64,000 nt of DNA from the NCBI GenBank assembly GCA_051294905.1, contig CM119371.1, positions 8,186,001 to 8,250,000 of the forward strand, given 5' to 3'. This DNA comes from Botryllus schlosseri. Its lineage: Eukaryota. The notes beneath the pieces were generated by a model. That model saw only the letters and a program-made list of their open reading frames with translations, ran no database searches and had not been told where the DNA came from. Of the stretch, positions 11,421 to 24,174 are shown in pieces. Each line of letters opens with the position of its first letter. The first letter of the stretch is position 1. Position numbers and translations under genes: made by a program.

Positions 11421-11991
11421 CATTGAAGTTCGAGGCGGCGACAGCTCGTTCACTTGTCTTTGTAGTACCATCCTAACATTGCCTGACAATTTCAGCATTA
11501 TGCACACTGAACCCTAGATAGTAGATCTAACTGCACTGAAATGGAAATTCCATACTATATCTGACCGTCATTGACTTTAATGATGGGTATTCCGTTGTGG
11601 ATCCGTTCCACAATTGCCTGGACAAGCATGCGACCATATCTCTTCTCAGATTTGATTGCAACTTCTTGTTCTGCAGATTGACTACTCATCCTTCAAAGAT
11701 CGTACCTGTCATCAACAGATCAACATCATACATGGCGCCGAGAAGAGTGTCATCGACTAACATAGAAACCAGTACCAACCTTTTCAATAATAACAGTAGG
11801 CCTACGTCCTAATCAAATGAAGCTAATACCTAGCACAAATTAAGCATAGGGTGAGTGCGCGTTGGAGTTCCTGAGACTATATAGTGTGCGGAATTAAATA
11901 AGCGCAAATGCGCTTAATTACCAACTGATTTCTGCAAGATACAATTGTCTTCTTCTGACATCAGTGCATTTGAAATGAGTCCTACTTCCAT
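11421..11991 (-). CDS. CRADD: N-terminal CARD-like exons of the CRADD/RAIDD-like adaptor
   Basis: Exons 11991-11922, 11756-11706, 11670-11566 and 11506-~11421 join in phase as MEVGLISNALMSEEDNCILQKSV/VDDTLLGAMYDVDLLMT/EQEVAIKSEKRYGRMLVQAIVERIHNGIPIIKVND/VCIMLKLSGNVRMV. The pattern resembles the RAIDD CARD ([37 protein letters not shown]..). The junction to the linker exons is unresolved. Confidence 0.5.
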
Positions 11992-12300
11992 GGTAAACGT
12001 TGAGAACGTAATTCACGAACATGAGAAGGAACCCATAGTTGGTCAGAAAGAGCCAAATTATTAGGCTCTATACGTGCGCTACATAACCTTGTACGTCGAC
12101 ATCGCATATAACACTGGCCAACAAAATGAAGAAAAAAAATGTTTGCCGTGATATCTAGGAATCATTGCGTACAACGTTTTTCCATTATTATTCCACTCTA
12201 CTTTTTGAGTCAGAACAAATGCAGCAATGCAATGCGACCCTGCGTAACTATTACATACTCGAGGTATAACAACCATTTACATTATAAAGGTGTAGCATTG

Positions 12301-12600
12301 GCTGGAGAGATAACTTAGTGGTGACGATAAGCGCCAACTAATCGGGCGACGCCGGTTCGATTTTCGTTGGAGGTTTATCTGGGCTCCTCTTCCCCCGACG
12401 TCGCCGTTCTTACGACGACAAAAAAGCTAAAATAAAAAGACCCGACGAAAGCAAGTAATCACGATGTGGATGTCAGTTTAAAAGACCGCAACAGCGCGTC
12501 GTTCAGCATCCTCCTATCTGTTCATTCCATCGCATTGTTTATTATCGCATTGTACAAATGTACATAGTTTGTGTCTTGTTCAGATGAACATATAACTCGA
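12301..12600 (+). mobile_element. tRNA-derived SINE (degenerate)
   Basis: gctggagagaTAACTTAGTGGT (A box) ... cGGTTCGATTTTC (B box); 3' end approximate. Confidence 0.45.
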
Positions 12601-14289
12601 CGATTATTATTAAACAGTCAATAACTAGTTTTAGGTCAATTTTTCAAACTCTTCACTCAACATATGCACTTTTTGGCACATTAATCATATCAAACGAAAC
12701 CACAAAATGTGCAGTATCAACTCGAACTAGGTACCAGAAAGTAAATAGAAAGAAAAGTCAAACGAACACTAAACACCTGATTGTTATAGCTGTTGAATAG
12801 ACTTGAATTGTTTGCACTATAACAGAGCTTCCTAACTCAAGTCAATGAAGTTTCTGCTGAATTCATTATTCTCTTAACGAATCTGGGAAAAATCGGCTTC
12901 AACAGTAGCCGTTGAGGGAGAGACTGTTACCAGTCCCCACAAAATGTTTTCAGAGCTTCAAAATCGTTGGAGGGCAATGTTCCCTCTAATTTTTCACGAG
13001 TCTGCGCAAACACGTTAACTCACTGCGCAGGCCCTTGGACAATAGTGCGCAAACATAGGTCCCCCCATAAGGTGATAAACCGAACTTCTGGAGGGCTTCG
13101 CCCCCAAGACCCCCCCTCGGGCTATGCGCTTTTTGCCGATACTTATCATCTACAGAGGGGGCATGTTTGATGGTTGTGTAGCAAGAACGCGCGAAGCGCG
13201 AAAATTTTATATGATTCGTGATTGAATCGGTCAATATGATCGGCAATTGCATATATCTATTGCTATCCATTTTTATCCTCTCTCTGCTCACATAATCAGA
13301 TTTACCGGTAAAGCTGATCGAGTGAGGTGTGTTAAGGTAGGTCATCTAAATAATAAGTAAACATTTTCGGGCGCACCCGTTGGTATAATGACTTCGTTAC
13401 ATGATGCTATTTCGTGACCTCCTATCTGCTATGTCAAAAAGACATTGAAATCGCTCAAACGTACTAAACTAAAAGACGAGCACGATTGAAATTTGCTATT
13501 TCTCTACTGGCAAATAATATGTTACATCGACATGGCATTTGTCTTGTTGTGGGACTCGGATCGCCAGCACATGAACATTCAGCGCCAGCCATTTACGCGC
13601 CTATGGAAAATTAAACTTATATGTATAAATCGAAGTTTTCGGTCAAGGGCACTCCTTTCGGCCAAGGTTTTCTCGCAGCTGATCGTTTTGGCGAACTTCT
13701 CGGAGTCGCATGTCACATAGCCTATAACTTCATATGTCTTGGTGCGTCGGGGCAAGGTAATGACCGACGCCCAAGTGCCCATTTCTCTTAATCACGCGTA
13801 TTTTTTGTTGTGGGAAGGGTACCCAATAATCAAGATAGCCTATTTGACAAAATTAATTAATTATTTTGAAATATTCCCAGAAAATACACCATGATTTATG
13901 ATAATTCACGAAATAATTTTGGGCCCCCTTCGATCTCGGCCCCCTAATTGGCGGTTTGGGGTGCGGCAGTTACGGGCTTGAGGAAATCTTACGCAATGTT
14001 CATGCCACGCGGAGAAGACTATGCGCTAGTTTCTCGCAGATTACTTCGAGCTAGCCCATTGTTATTTATAACTTTGTTAAACTATGTTATTTCGCCATTC
14101 CCAGAAAATAATGCGCTATTGAAATGATATCAGTATCGCTCACGCGTACGACACTACTAAAAGAAAAGATTTTTCGTTAGGCGCACGTGGTTGCAAAGTC
14201 TCATTTCTTCACGGAGCGCAATATTTACCTTTGCGGGCCGCATTTGTACCTCGGTGTCAGACTTCAGCGATAACACTATTTGCCCCTGG

Positions 14290-14467
14290 CAATGTTCCCT
14301 ATAATTATTCACGAGTTTGCGCGCCTGCGTGGTCCCTTGGACAACAGTGGGCAACGACTTTAAGAAACATCACTTCCGATTTTTTGTGCGCAACTTAGAT
14401 TTTCTGTGCGCACAGACCGCTTCAGCACTGCGCATTTGCGCACGTGCGCAGCTTAGAGGAAACATTG
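14290..14467. mobile_element. MITE, CAATGTTCCC family (inverted relative to the 1289 copy)
   Basis: caatgttccct...aggaaacattg; interior is the reverse complement of 1289-1483. Confidence 0.75.
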
Positions 14468-14469
14468 TT

Positions 14470-15050
14470 GGAGGGTTGAAACGGCTTCCAAGCTTCATGA
14501 AAAGGGATCACTTCGCTAGTGCCATCGATCTCATCGCGGAAAGAATTTTCTTCCCGATACTTTTCCAGGAGTTTCCAGTGTTGCCTTTCAACACATTCCT
14601 TATTTTGTAGCTCGACCATGCCATCTATTTCAGTCTACCGATATATTTTCGGGGGACTTTTATCACTTCAGATGGCTTTAATTTTACCAACTCACGCACG
14701 CGGAAGAGTCCTGGGAAATTTAACTAGTTTAAGAACACCGGATTTTCCTTCCAGCTCAACACGGTGAAGTGTTTTTTTCAATCCACCAACCAGACCAATA
14801 AACAAGTCCGCCAATGCTAATTCAACACCATGTATCAACCAAACGGGGGCATGTGGTCTTGATTTCCTTGATAAGATTTTGTTGACGTATGAGGTGTCTA
14901 ATCAAGACGCACATATCGTTGATGAATGCTTCATTGAGAAGCTTTTTATATTGATATTGCATCACCAGATCAACTTGATGCAAACCACACTAAACCCTGA
15001 TGATTTCGTGATTCGCTGCTTGTTAAAACCTCCTACCGGCGCATGAAACG
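14470..15050 (-). pseudogene. Decayed transposase-like coding remnant, probably hAT (ZNF862/KIAA1586-like)
   Basis: Broken frames include SRPHAPVWLIHGVELALADLF (cf. hAT VHCxxHxLELAxxD); many stops. Confidence 0.35.
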
Positions 15051-15640
15051 TTACTGGTCATTGTTTGCTCACCATCGCTAGAGAAAGCAATCAATGAGTT
15101 TCACCAGTTTGGAACAAGGATATCAAGAACTTGCACAGATAAGTTGAATAGTTGCTGTTCTCCCTTTTCCCCGGGATTGGCACAACCCCAACATAGAAAA
15201 TTTGCAGTTTCCCTTCCAAAAGAATCGCACGCGAAGATCCAAATAGTTTGTTCCACTCTTGTATTCGCAGTGATTCTCACCGCTTTAGCGCCACTAGTGG
15301 ACGGGTAGCTGTGTTGATTTTGCCTGCATACGGCTAACATTGTGTGCTGTTCTATTCTCGTTGTTTTTAGCTTCTGGAGAGATGTAACTGCGAAGGTGTG
15401 AGCTGCTAGGTATTGGAACACTATTGGTGACAGATTTTATGTAATCTCAAGAGAAATCATTTCCCTACTTATTCACGAGACGTTTTACAAGCCTAGCATT
15501 TCGGCACTATACTTTTGCATCACTGAACTGAAAGCATTGTCTTCCAGTGTCAAAAATAGCAGAATCACTACACGAAGTTGAATGCACCATCTCCAAATCT
15601 GCTTCAGCAAGGCACAGCACCCTGCATCAGGCGTGCACAT

Positions 15641-17292
15641 TAGGGTTGTCCAAAATTTGGAAAATCTTAAAAAGTCTCCGTGATTGTGTCTCATTCTGTA
15701 GATTATTGATGAAAAACAACAATTAGCCTGAAAGAAGCTTACAGGAAAGCCGTTAAGATTTCGGTCAAAGCGTTTGAAAGTAGCTGCTCAAGAATGGGCG
15801 TGCCACCGACCATAGAACGGCGAGAAGACTAGTAATCAAATAACCACGGCTCTTGATTGGCTAATCGGCTATGCTCCAATGATCACGGCAGCAGCAGCTT
15901 GCTGATTAGGTGTTCAAGAAGTCTGCTACCGGCGGGGATTCTGAGTGCGCATTGTTAGTATTTTGGCAGGTGATGATTTAAGATTAATTCAGGACATGTT
16001 GAGTTGCGAAATACATGATGAACAAACAACACCTGCTTCACAGAAGCTTTTACAGCATGACTGCTTTAGTGTGAAGGAAACGGCTGAAACCTACATGCCG
16101 TGTTTTCATCGAGATAAAGCAAAGGCGCTTAACCGCTTATGCAAGTGTTAAGCGAATTCATCGTTTCAGTACGGATCCATCATCAGTGAATACAAATATA
16201 TAAAGCTTAACAATGACACTATACTAAGTTGTGTGATGTTATTGGGCTGACGCTATAGTATATAGGTGACGTTTTGAATGCTCTAGGGATCGGCGGAATC
16301 AGCAAGTTATGCTTGGCACTTATCAGATGCTTACAGCAAATTGAATGCACTTGTAGGCGTTGTTAAAGTCATTAATGATAATGCAGAAAAGAGGTGGTAA
16401 TGTACGCATACTCGCACTGGCTATGCTCGATATGGTATGCCAAAGTCCTTATTGATCCCGCTGAAAAGAGGTGTGAAGAAAAGCACAGACTATGCTGCAT
16501 ATAGTATCGAGCATAGTTTGGATATCATATCCAGCATAGCCTGTGCTTACCTTACACCTCTTTTCTGCAGCATCATTAAGGACTTTGACAACTCTTATAA
16601 GTGAATTCAATTTGCTGTAAGTATAACTGCCAAGCATAACCGGCCGATTCAGTCGATCCCTAGAACCTTCAAAACTTCAGCTATATACTACAACTTGGGT
16701 CCAACAGGATCACACAAAGTATAGTGTCACAGTCAAGCTTTATATTTGTATTCACTGATGATGTATCCCTTCTTAAACGGGGAATTCGTTCACCACTTGC
16801 ATAAGCGCCTTTGCTTTTCCTCGATGAAAGCACGGCATGTAGGCTACAGCCGCTTCGTTCACAATAAAGCAGTCATGCTGTAAAAGGTTTTGTGAAGCAG
16901 GTGTTGTTTGTTCATCATGAATTTCGTAACTCAACATGTCCTGAATTAATCTTAAATCATCACCTGCCAAAATACTAACAATGCGCACTCAGAATCCCCG
17001 CCTGTAGCAGACTTCTTGAACACCTAATCAGCAAGCTGCTGCTGCCGTGATCATTGGAGCATAGCCGATTAGCCAATCAAGAGCCGTGGTTATTTGATTA
17101 CTAGTCTTCTCGCCGTTCTATGGTCGGTGGCACGCCCATTCTTGAGCAGCTACTTTCAAACGCTTTGACCGAAATCGTAACGGCTTTCCTTTAAGCTTCT
17201 TTCAGGCTAATTGTTGTTTTTCATCAATAATCTATAGAATGAGACACAATCACGGAGACTTTTTAAGATTTTCCAAATTTTGGACAACCCTA
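15641..17292. mobile_element. 1.65-kb foldback (almost wholly palindromic) non-autonomous hAT element
   Basis: tagggttgtccaaaatttgg...ccaaattttggacaacccta; perfect TSD GTGCACAT; arms ~15641-16444 and ~16517-17292 are reverse complements (mirror ORFs 15945+ and 16988-). Confidence 0.95.
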
Positions 17293-17360
17293 GTGCACAT
17301 GCAGTACACTCATGTCATAATTTTTCTGAATCACACTCCCTCCATCCTTTACCTTGACAC

Positions 17361-17500
17361 CAGGGATTCGGAGCAGCCGTAAATTTGCATTGCTCCAGCT
17401 CCGGCTCCGGAGCTTTCTTCTATCATACATTAGCTCCGGCTGCAGCTCCGGAGCCGCATTATAACCACTGCTCCGGCTCCAGCTCCGGCTCCGGCTCTGA
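17361..17500. repeat. MITE end with (GGCTCC/AGCTCC)n repeats; same family at 22141-22277
   Basis: cagggattcggagc... followed by ctccggctccagctccggctcc arrays; the 22141-22277 piece ends ctccaaagccctg. Confidence 0.6.
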
Positions 17501-17526
17501 AAACTATCGAAGTTGTCTGTCCATAT

Positions 17527-18209
17527 CAGGGGTGAGCAACCCGCGGCCTGCGGGTCATATGTGGCCCGCGAGAAGACTTTGAGTAGCCCGCGAGCTAATT
17601 TCTCATTATATTATCGAAATTGAATTGCTCAGATTGTGAACTCGCTAGGCGAACCAAAAATATGATTAGTCTGGCCGCGACACTTGAGATGTTGATGACT
17701 GGACTAAAATATCAGTTCCGACGCATTGGCAGATCCAGGGTCCAGTCACATTTTAGTAAATCGTCGTTACATTACAATAAACTAAAAAAGTAGTAAAATT
17801 TTTCTTCACGCTTCACGTGTTTAATTGTCACACGATTTCTTGCTTTGTAGCCTACCCACCCCAGAAAATGAAAAAACGCCTGATTTAGCCGATTGAGTAC
17901 AACTATACTCGCAATTACGAGAGAAAGTATTTTCGCGTTTGCGCTCGCAGAAAGATCGTCGACGATGAAATGTAGGCACAAAACGATTGTCATATATTAG
18001 CGGAAATCTTCGATATCGATATGTCCAGATGCCGAATAGTCCTGTCCTTGCAGACTGAGCCCAGCGGGCGGTATACAGTCGACACCCAATATACCCAAGT
18101 AATAATAATGTCAACTTAGAAAATTTTACGCCCCTGGCGCGGCTAGTATGCAGCGCATTCGTTCGTCAATTTGATGTGGCCCTTAACCAGAAAAGGTTGG
18201 CCACCCCCG
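17527..18209. mobile_element. hAT (Charlie-like) MITE
   Basis: caggggtgagcaacc...ggttggccacccccg; TSD gtccatat/atctatat; interior homologous to 52094-53001. Confidence 0.85.
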
Positions 18210-18250
18210 ATCTATATCGATTACTAATTTACCCGTAGGTTAGTTATCTA

Positions 18251-20980
18251 CAGAGGTGGTCAGTAACGAAGTACTTCTACTTTTTCGAAGTACTCAAGTA
18301 GTTTTGCTCTACTTGTACTACTTACTCAAGTAGATCTGACCTTCGCTACTTCTACTTCTACTTCACAAAATGCAGTGACTTACTTACTTACTTTTCGCTA
18401 TTTACAGTTTGTCAAGTAGAAGTATTATGCTACGGTAAGGTCATTTCCGTTACATCGAGGTCGTCCAGTCATCACAAAACACGACAGTGCACGCGCTGCG
18501 TAATATTCATCACACCTGACTGAGCATCCTGATATCGATTATGACGAAATAAAGACTCACGTGTCAAACCATCGTGACATTCAGGACATTCATCTTATCT
18601 CCACTCCACTGCTGCTGTGCTTCGCACATGTCGTTTTTTTGGCGGGGTATTGGTCTTTCTCGGTGTGGTTTGGAAAACTTGCTGCTGACTTACAGTTAAG
18701 TGTGATAAGCATAACTTCGCACGCAGTGGTTTGGGAGCATGGGTTCGCGGGCTGTCATGTTTAATGGGCACTCTTGTGTAGGGTTTCCCATCCCATTTAT
18801 TGCTCTTACACTGTATGCGATGGATAGAAGTAGCTGTTCGCTTTCACATTCATTGATCGTTCTAACCATATTTGTGAGAGTTGAGTAGAAATGTATTAAG
18901 TCTCAAAATGATAATCCAATGTATAGAGCTAAATTCTGTCAGGCCTGCTCAGCATGGTACGGTATTGTTTCAAATCACGCAAGGCAGTTGACTACCGGTA
19001 TCCTGTGAAAAATATGCTATACTGCCTAATACATAACGTGGACGGACAGAACACTAACCGGATTAACAATGGTCCTAATTTTTGACGGGTGTATACTAGA
19101 TGCATTCCGTGGGTTTCTAGAGTGGTATGATGTCAATACTGAGAATTATACTGATATGAATTTTCAGATTGTGTTATGAAGTTGCTGCATACGTATGTAC
19201 ATGTACACGTGGTTATTGCTATTAGTAGTAGAGGATTCTTCATGTGACATGGACGCCAATAATGATAATCCATGGCCCTATTTGGAGCCTTTGTTTGAGT
19301 TCAAAGCACGACAGGGAAACTCGCTGAAGTTTGCATGTATAAAATGCCAGCCGAAGAAAACGGAAATCTCTGCATATTGCAATTCCCCTTCCAATTTAGG
19401 GAAGCATATTATGGTAAGATATGATTTGTCTATTTCCAGTAATTTATTCGATTGTTGATATGAGTTATTTCCAACACACATGGTTTAATATTTCTTATTT
19501 TGAGCAAATCAATTTATAAAATCCAGTAACTATACCGGTATTGCTGTATGTATTAATGACCGAATATCTGATTCACTTAGGCTACTACCCTACTAGTTGT
19601 GAAGCATCAACATATTGTGCTCAGAAATTATCTTTAAGCTTAGAAGTAGATCGTTTTTTTACCTTAAAAGGAGAAGATTTTGACATTTGTTGACCTTAAA
19701 AAAGTTAATTTTGACCTTGTGTATGTAGATTAGGTGTTTTCCCACATAATGTTTGAATTGTACTACTTATGTTAATTTCTGGTTGGAACTGTCCGTCCAT
19801 ATATGTTTTTTGTCCTGAAAACTGACAAATGTTTACATGAAAAAACTTCTATTTCAACAATCTGGACCTATGAAGAATTCCAGTAGTTACATCACGTATT
19901 GTGGTAGAGATAATTAAAATTTGTTGTAGTTGAGCGAAAGATACTCTCCTACATTCTCGGGTAGAAAGTGTATATCCTTATAATAAGTAGTTTGCAAAGA
20001 AGGCAGAAAGAACGTTCAATAGCAGCATGCAGTTGTTGACTGGTTGCGTACACTGCTGGTGACACACCGCGTTGCTTCATTCTGACAATGTTGTCTATAC
20101 ATCACCATTATTCATCATGCGCTTATTGATAATAGAAGCAGTGCCCACGCAGTCTTGCAGACTTGGACAACTAGAAAATTTTCAGCTTTTCTGAATTAGA
20201 TTAGAATTAGAATTTGAGCATGAAAACATTTCACAAATTAGATTAGAATTAGAGCATGGAAACATTTCACAAATTAGATTTGAATCAGATTACTGGCATT
20301 TCGCTCTAATTTAGTGAAATTAGACAACTAGAATTCGCTGCACAATAATTAAGCTAAATTTGAACTTAAATTTGAGGAGGTCCACAGGGATCCATGACGG
20401 TCCAGAAGTGGTCCGCAAAGACATATAGGTTGAGAACCACTGTAGTAGAAAATTCAAAAGAACATAGTTTATCAACAATCGTATCGTCGTTAAATGTACT
20501 ATTTTAAGATAGTACACGAACTCCTTTTATTAACACAGCCTTGGCTGGTGTATTTGGATAAAAGTCGACTCCTAGGCACAATACTCGGGTTCATTTCAAT
20601 ATGATATACTATTCAAATGTGTATTGAAGTTCTGTACCTCCAGGAAGCTGTTCAAATAAGTACATCTTCAAATCGAAACAAAGAAGTTGCATTCATTGAA
20701 CATTAGTGTGGTTGTGTATCAATGATATGACACCTCATTTGAGTGACAGAATCGTCATCTTAAGAGTTAGTTTTATAGACAGTCAACGAGAGCGTATATT
20801 TGACTTTTCTGAAACTACTTACTTACTTGAGTAGATTTAAAGTCAGTAAAAAGTACTTCTACTTCAAGTAGTTTTAGGTTGCTTACGGAAGAAGTACTTC
20901 TACTTGTACTTGAGTAGATTTTTTCTTCGCTACTTCTACTTCTACTTGAGTAGCTTTCTTGACTACTTTGACCACCTCTG
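18251..20980 (+). mobile_element. Internally deleted hAT (Ac-like) transposon with TACTT subterminal repeats
   Basis: TIRs cagaggtggtca/tgaccacctctg; perfect TSD GTTATCTA; carries a BED-finger exon and nested fragments (19650-20160 matches 62037-62600). Confidence 0.92.
19249..19413 (+). pseudogene. hAT transposase N-terminal BED zinc-finger exon (remnant)
   Basis: MDANNDNPWPYLEPLFEFKARQGNSLKFACIKCQPKKTEISAYCNSPSNLGKHIM|GTAAGA: W..F..CxxC..SNLxxH pattern; no catalytic domain seen downstream. Confidence 0.8.
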
Positions 20981-22379
20981 GTTATCTATAGTAATCTAGA
21001 GTCTGTCAGCCGTCAGTAACATCTGATGCAGCAACGAAGACATGGGTGCCGCCGTGCCGGCCTGTGACGACATAATGAATACTTGTCAATTGTCGATAAC
21101 ATCATAGTTGCACTAGAACGCACTATACTCCGTGCCATTGCTGTGTCCAGCATTAAAATTCTGATGCGGCGTTTTAACACTGGCACTGTACTCATTAACA
21201 TTAAGTCATACAGCTCAATTCAATATTCAAATGTGCGATTATTATTCAACTGTAACTGTAGTAAGAGCAAAATGGCCGGATATAACGACGGGATCAATAG
21301 AAATTCGATTTGTACCAAATGGCCAATGGCTTGACGTTCGATATTGGTGCACTCGTTACCAGTCCATCCGGCGTCGATCAAGTTTATCGGAATAATATTT
21401 TCCCGTTGAAACGGATCGAATGATCGAATTAAACACTGTCCCATGCACATTGCGCCATGCCCATAACGAATTACACTATGCAGTGGGCACATTGCACATT
21501 TACAAGTTTACGAAACAGATGATTACAAATTGGAAATCGCGCATCAAATCAGTAATTTGTCTCCAACATAGATACCATGAGGTTTGTGGCTATTCTTCTG
21601 TCATCCCCTATTTGAGCTCGAAAATCCTCACTAGAGTGAATGACAAGGATGCGCAGTAATGAATTGCAATTAGCATGCATAATTGCCTACTCGCAATAAT
21701 ACTGTCCAATTTCGCGGGCCGACTAAAGAACTATCACGAGTATTTGCTCATCCGAATTTCTCGGCTCGTGCTCGTCATATCGACATGTACAACGAAATCA
21801 CGTTTTTAACCTCTCTCCCATTTCGCGTATTACATAGTGATCATTATTTTCGAACCGTCTACAGTTGGCCAACAAGGTTGTGCTGATGATGAAATTGCGG
21901 GTATGCCGAATACCCACAATATTCACAGGCATATTTCGCATACCGAGGTTCGGCATTCATGTATGAAAATTGAACATCGAACATACGACTGCTCTGCTGT
22001 TAAACCCCCAGAAACATGGTTAGTCGGAAAAGGTAGCGCCAAAGAGGAAAAGATTCTTAATTTCGCGAAGGCCTGCTGTTGAATTATGTGAACTCAGCAG
22101 ACATGGTTGTTGCATATATAATAGCATCTTATGAAATACGTCGGAGCCGGAGCTACCCCTCAAATACCTGGCTCCAGCTCCGGCTCCGGCTGAATTTTAT
22201 GTGAAGCTCCGGCTCCGGCTCCAGCTCCGGTAAAAATGCACGGCTCCGGGGCTCCGGGCTCCGGCTCCAAAGCCCTGCTTGACACCTCCCAATTTTGTAA
22301 ATACCATCTATTGCTGTTACACTCCGTTCATTGAAAATTTGATACGTTTTCAAAGGTAGCATCATTTCATGTTAACAAG

Positions 22380-23797
22380 CCTCATCTACTACTGATATCT
22401 CAGAAAATGTCCTTGAACTGGGCAATAAATACTTGATGGTGGATACTGAATATTTCACTAAGCGGGTCGAAGTGTACCCGATGAAGGACCTTCGAGTTGT
22501 ATTAGCAGCCGATATTCTTGTGACGGAATTATTTTGTAAGTTGGGCGCACCGAATATTATCCACACTGATCAAGGAGTGCAATTTGAATCCACGTTATTT
22601 CAAGAAATGTGTGAATTGTATGAAATTTTTAAGACTACATCTACTACTTTTCTACCGCAATCCGATGGGTTAACTGAGAGAAATAATATGTCCATTTTAC
22701 AGATGTTGACCAGTTATGTGAATGAGAGTAGATCTGATTGGGAAGTTCATCTGCCACATTTATTACAAGCTTGTCGTTCAAGTGCTCATGATTCCCCTTA
22801 GTACTCTCTTAATAAGTTATTTCGTGGTCGTGAGGTTTCCTTGACGAGTGATATTGTTTATGGTAGACCTGCGAAATGTACGTCGTGCAAATGTTACACT
22901 GAATATGTCGAATAGTTTTCTGCGGCCAGTGTTGATGCTTTTAAATTGGCACGTGAGAAATTGCGTAGATCTGCTGTGAAACAGAAAACGTATTTCAATC
23001 GTTATGTTGATTCGCATGAATTTTATGTCGGCTCTTACGTTTGGTTTTATCAGCCGCTGAGCATAGGGAGTTTTCCTCTGGTTGGAATGGTCCATGGCAA
23101 GTTGTCGAGAAATTAGAAAATATCGTGTATCGCATTCATAATATCGACACTGGCAATTTTCGCATAACCCCTGTTGATAATCTCCATCCCTTCATTGTTG
23201 AAGGTGAAGAGGATTTACCACCAGTCACCGGCAGAGTCTGCAAATTATGAAACCGTTGTCATACGTGCTGCCTCTTCCAATTGTGAAGTTAATGTCATGC
23301 GCAGACGTAATCGTATTCGACCATGTATATTTGATTGACTATGTGACAGACTTCAGTTGATCCACCTATTTCATGTGATTGCTTTTTCTGTACATATTTT
23401 CATTTTTATTTATTTTTGCTCCGGCCTTGCCGCCTGTCAGTGATCTTTCTTCCTCCTAGCTCACTCAAGTTGGGAGGGGAGAGGTAGCCTATAACCACCC
23501 GGATCCGGAAGCTTGGTGATCCCCGGTTGGGAGGTCACGTCGGCGGAAAAAAGGAGAACTGTTACTGGTTTGCTTCTTCTGCTACGCAACTTTATAATTG
23601 ACTGCTGCTTTTGAGCAATACACAATGTGAGTTTGCACTCGATCGAACCTCTCATTTCAGTCTCGAACCTGAAAGAGAGTGGCATCATCTTCTGTGAGGT
23701 AGATAGATTATTAGAAGAACAGAAGACAGGACGGCCACAATACATAGAACTGACCTTTGACTGACTGCACTGCTCCAGAATCTGATCGCCGTTCACA
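22380..23797 (+). mobile_element. Gypsy LTR-retrotransposon 3' remnant (integrase core, GPY/F module, PPT, possible LTR)
   Basis: EYFTKRVEVYP..GAPNIIHTDQGVQFES..PQSDGLTERNN..DWEVHLP; then WNGPWQVVEKLENIVYRI after stops/frameshift; purine tract gggagggggagagg at ~23471; candidate LTR ends ...gttcaca at 23797. Confidence 0.85.
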
Positions 23798-24174
23798 GAC
23801 TTTTAGACCAAACTTAATTTCATGTTTGGGTTAAAAGAGAGTCACTTTAGGCATTCAGAACACAAAACATGCAATCTTAGGTGAGTAACTGCATGGAGGC
23901 AAATTACAATACCATGATTATAAAACGTCCATCAATATAAACAGAGCTCCCTACTTAGTTTTGCTCACACAATATTTTTCACTCACACACTTTTCCCCTT
24001 TACACTACACCCGCTTGCTGAATGGAAACAACGTGCGAACCTAATCTGCCGCTCCCTAAAGAAACTCAACCGGTTGTTAATATGTAGTATATCCATTATT
24101 CAATGCCACTCATCATTCAACCTACGGTACAACTTCGATATCCGAGTACCGGTATATCTCGTTAGGCTCTAGAC

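Noticed and set aside
6140..11991. Calling the gene MAVS
   Set aside because: CARD plus TM fits, but the RAIDD-like death domain, the long tail after the TM and the lack of a Pro-rich region argue against it.
15945..16988. Duplicated ORFs MRIVSILAGDDL.. as paralogous genes
   Set aside because: They are mirror images within foldback arms, with no ATG start or recognisable domain.
21220..21492. EGF-like fragment (HGAMC..AGWTGNEC) on the minus strand
   Set aside because: Cysteine spacing is incomplete and I could not build consistent splice sites; possibly a relic but unsupported.
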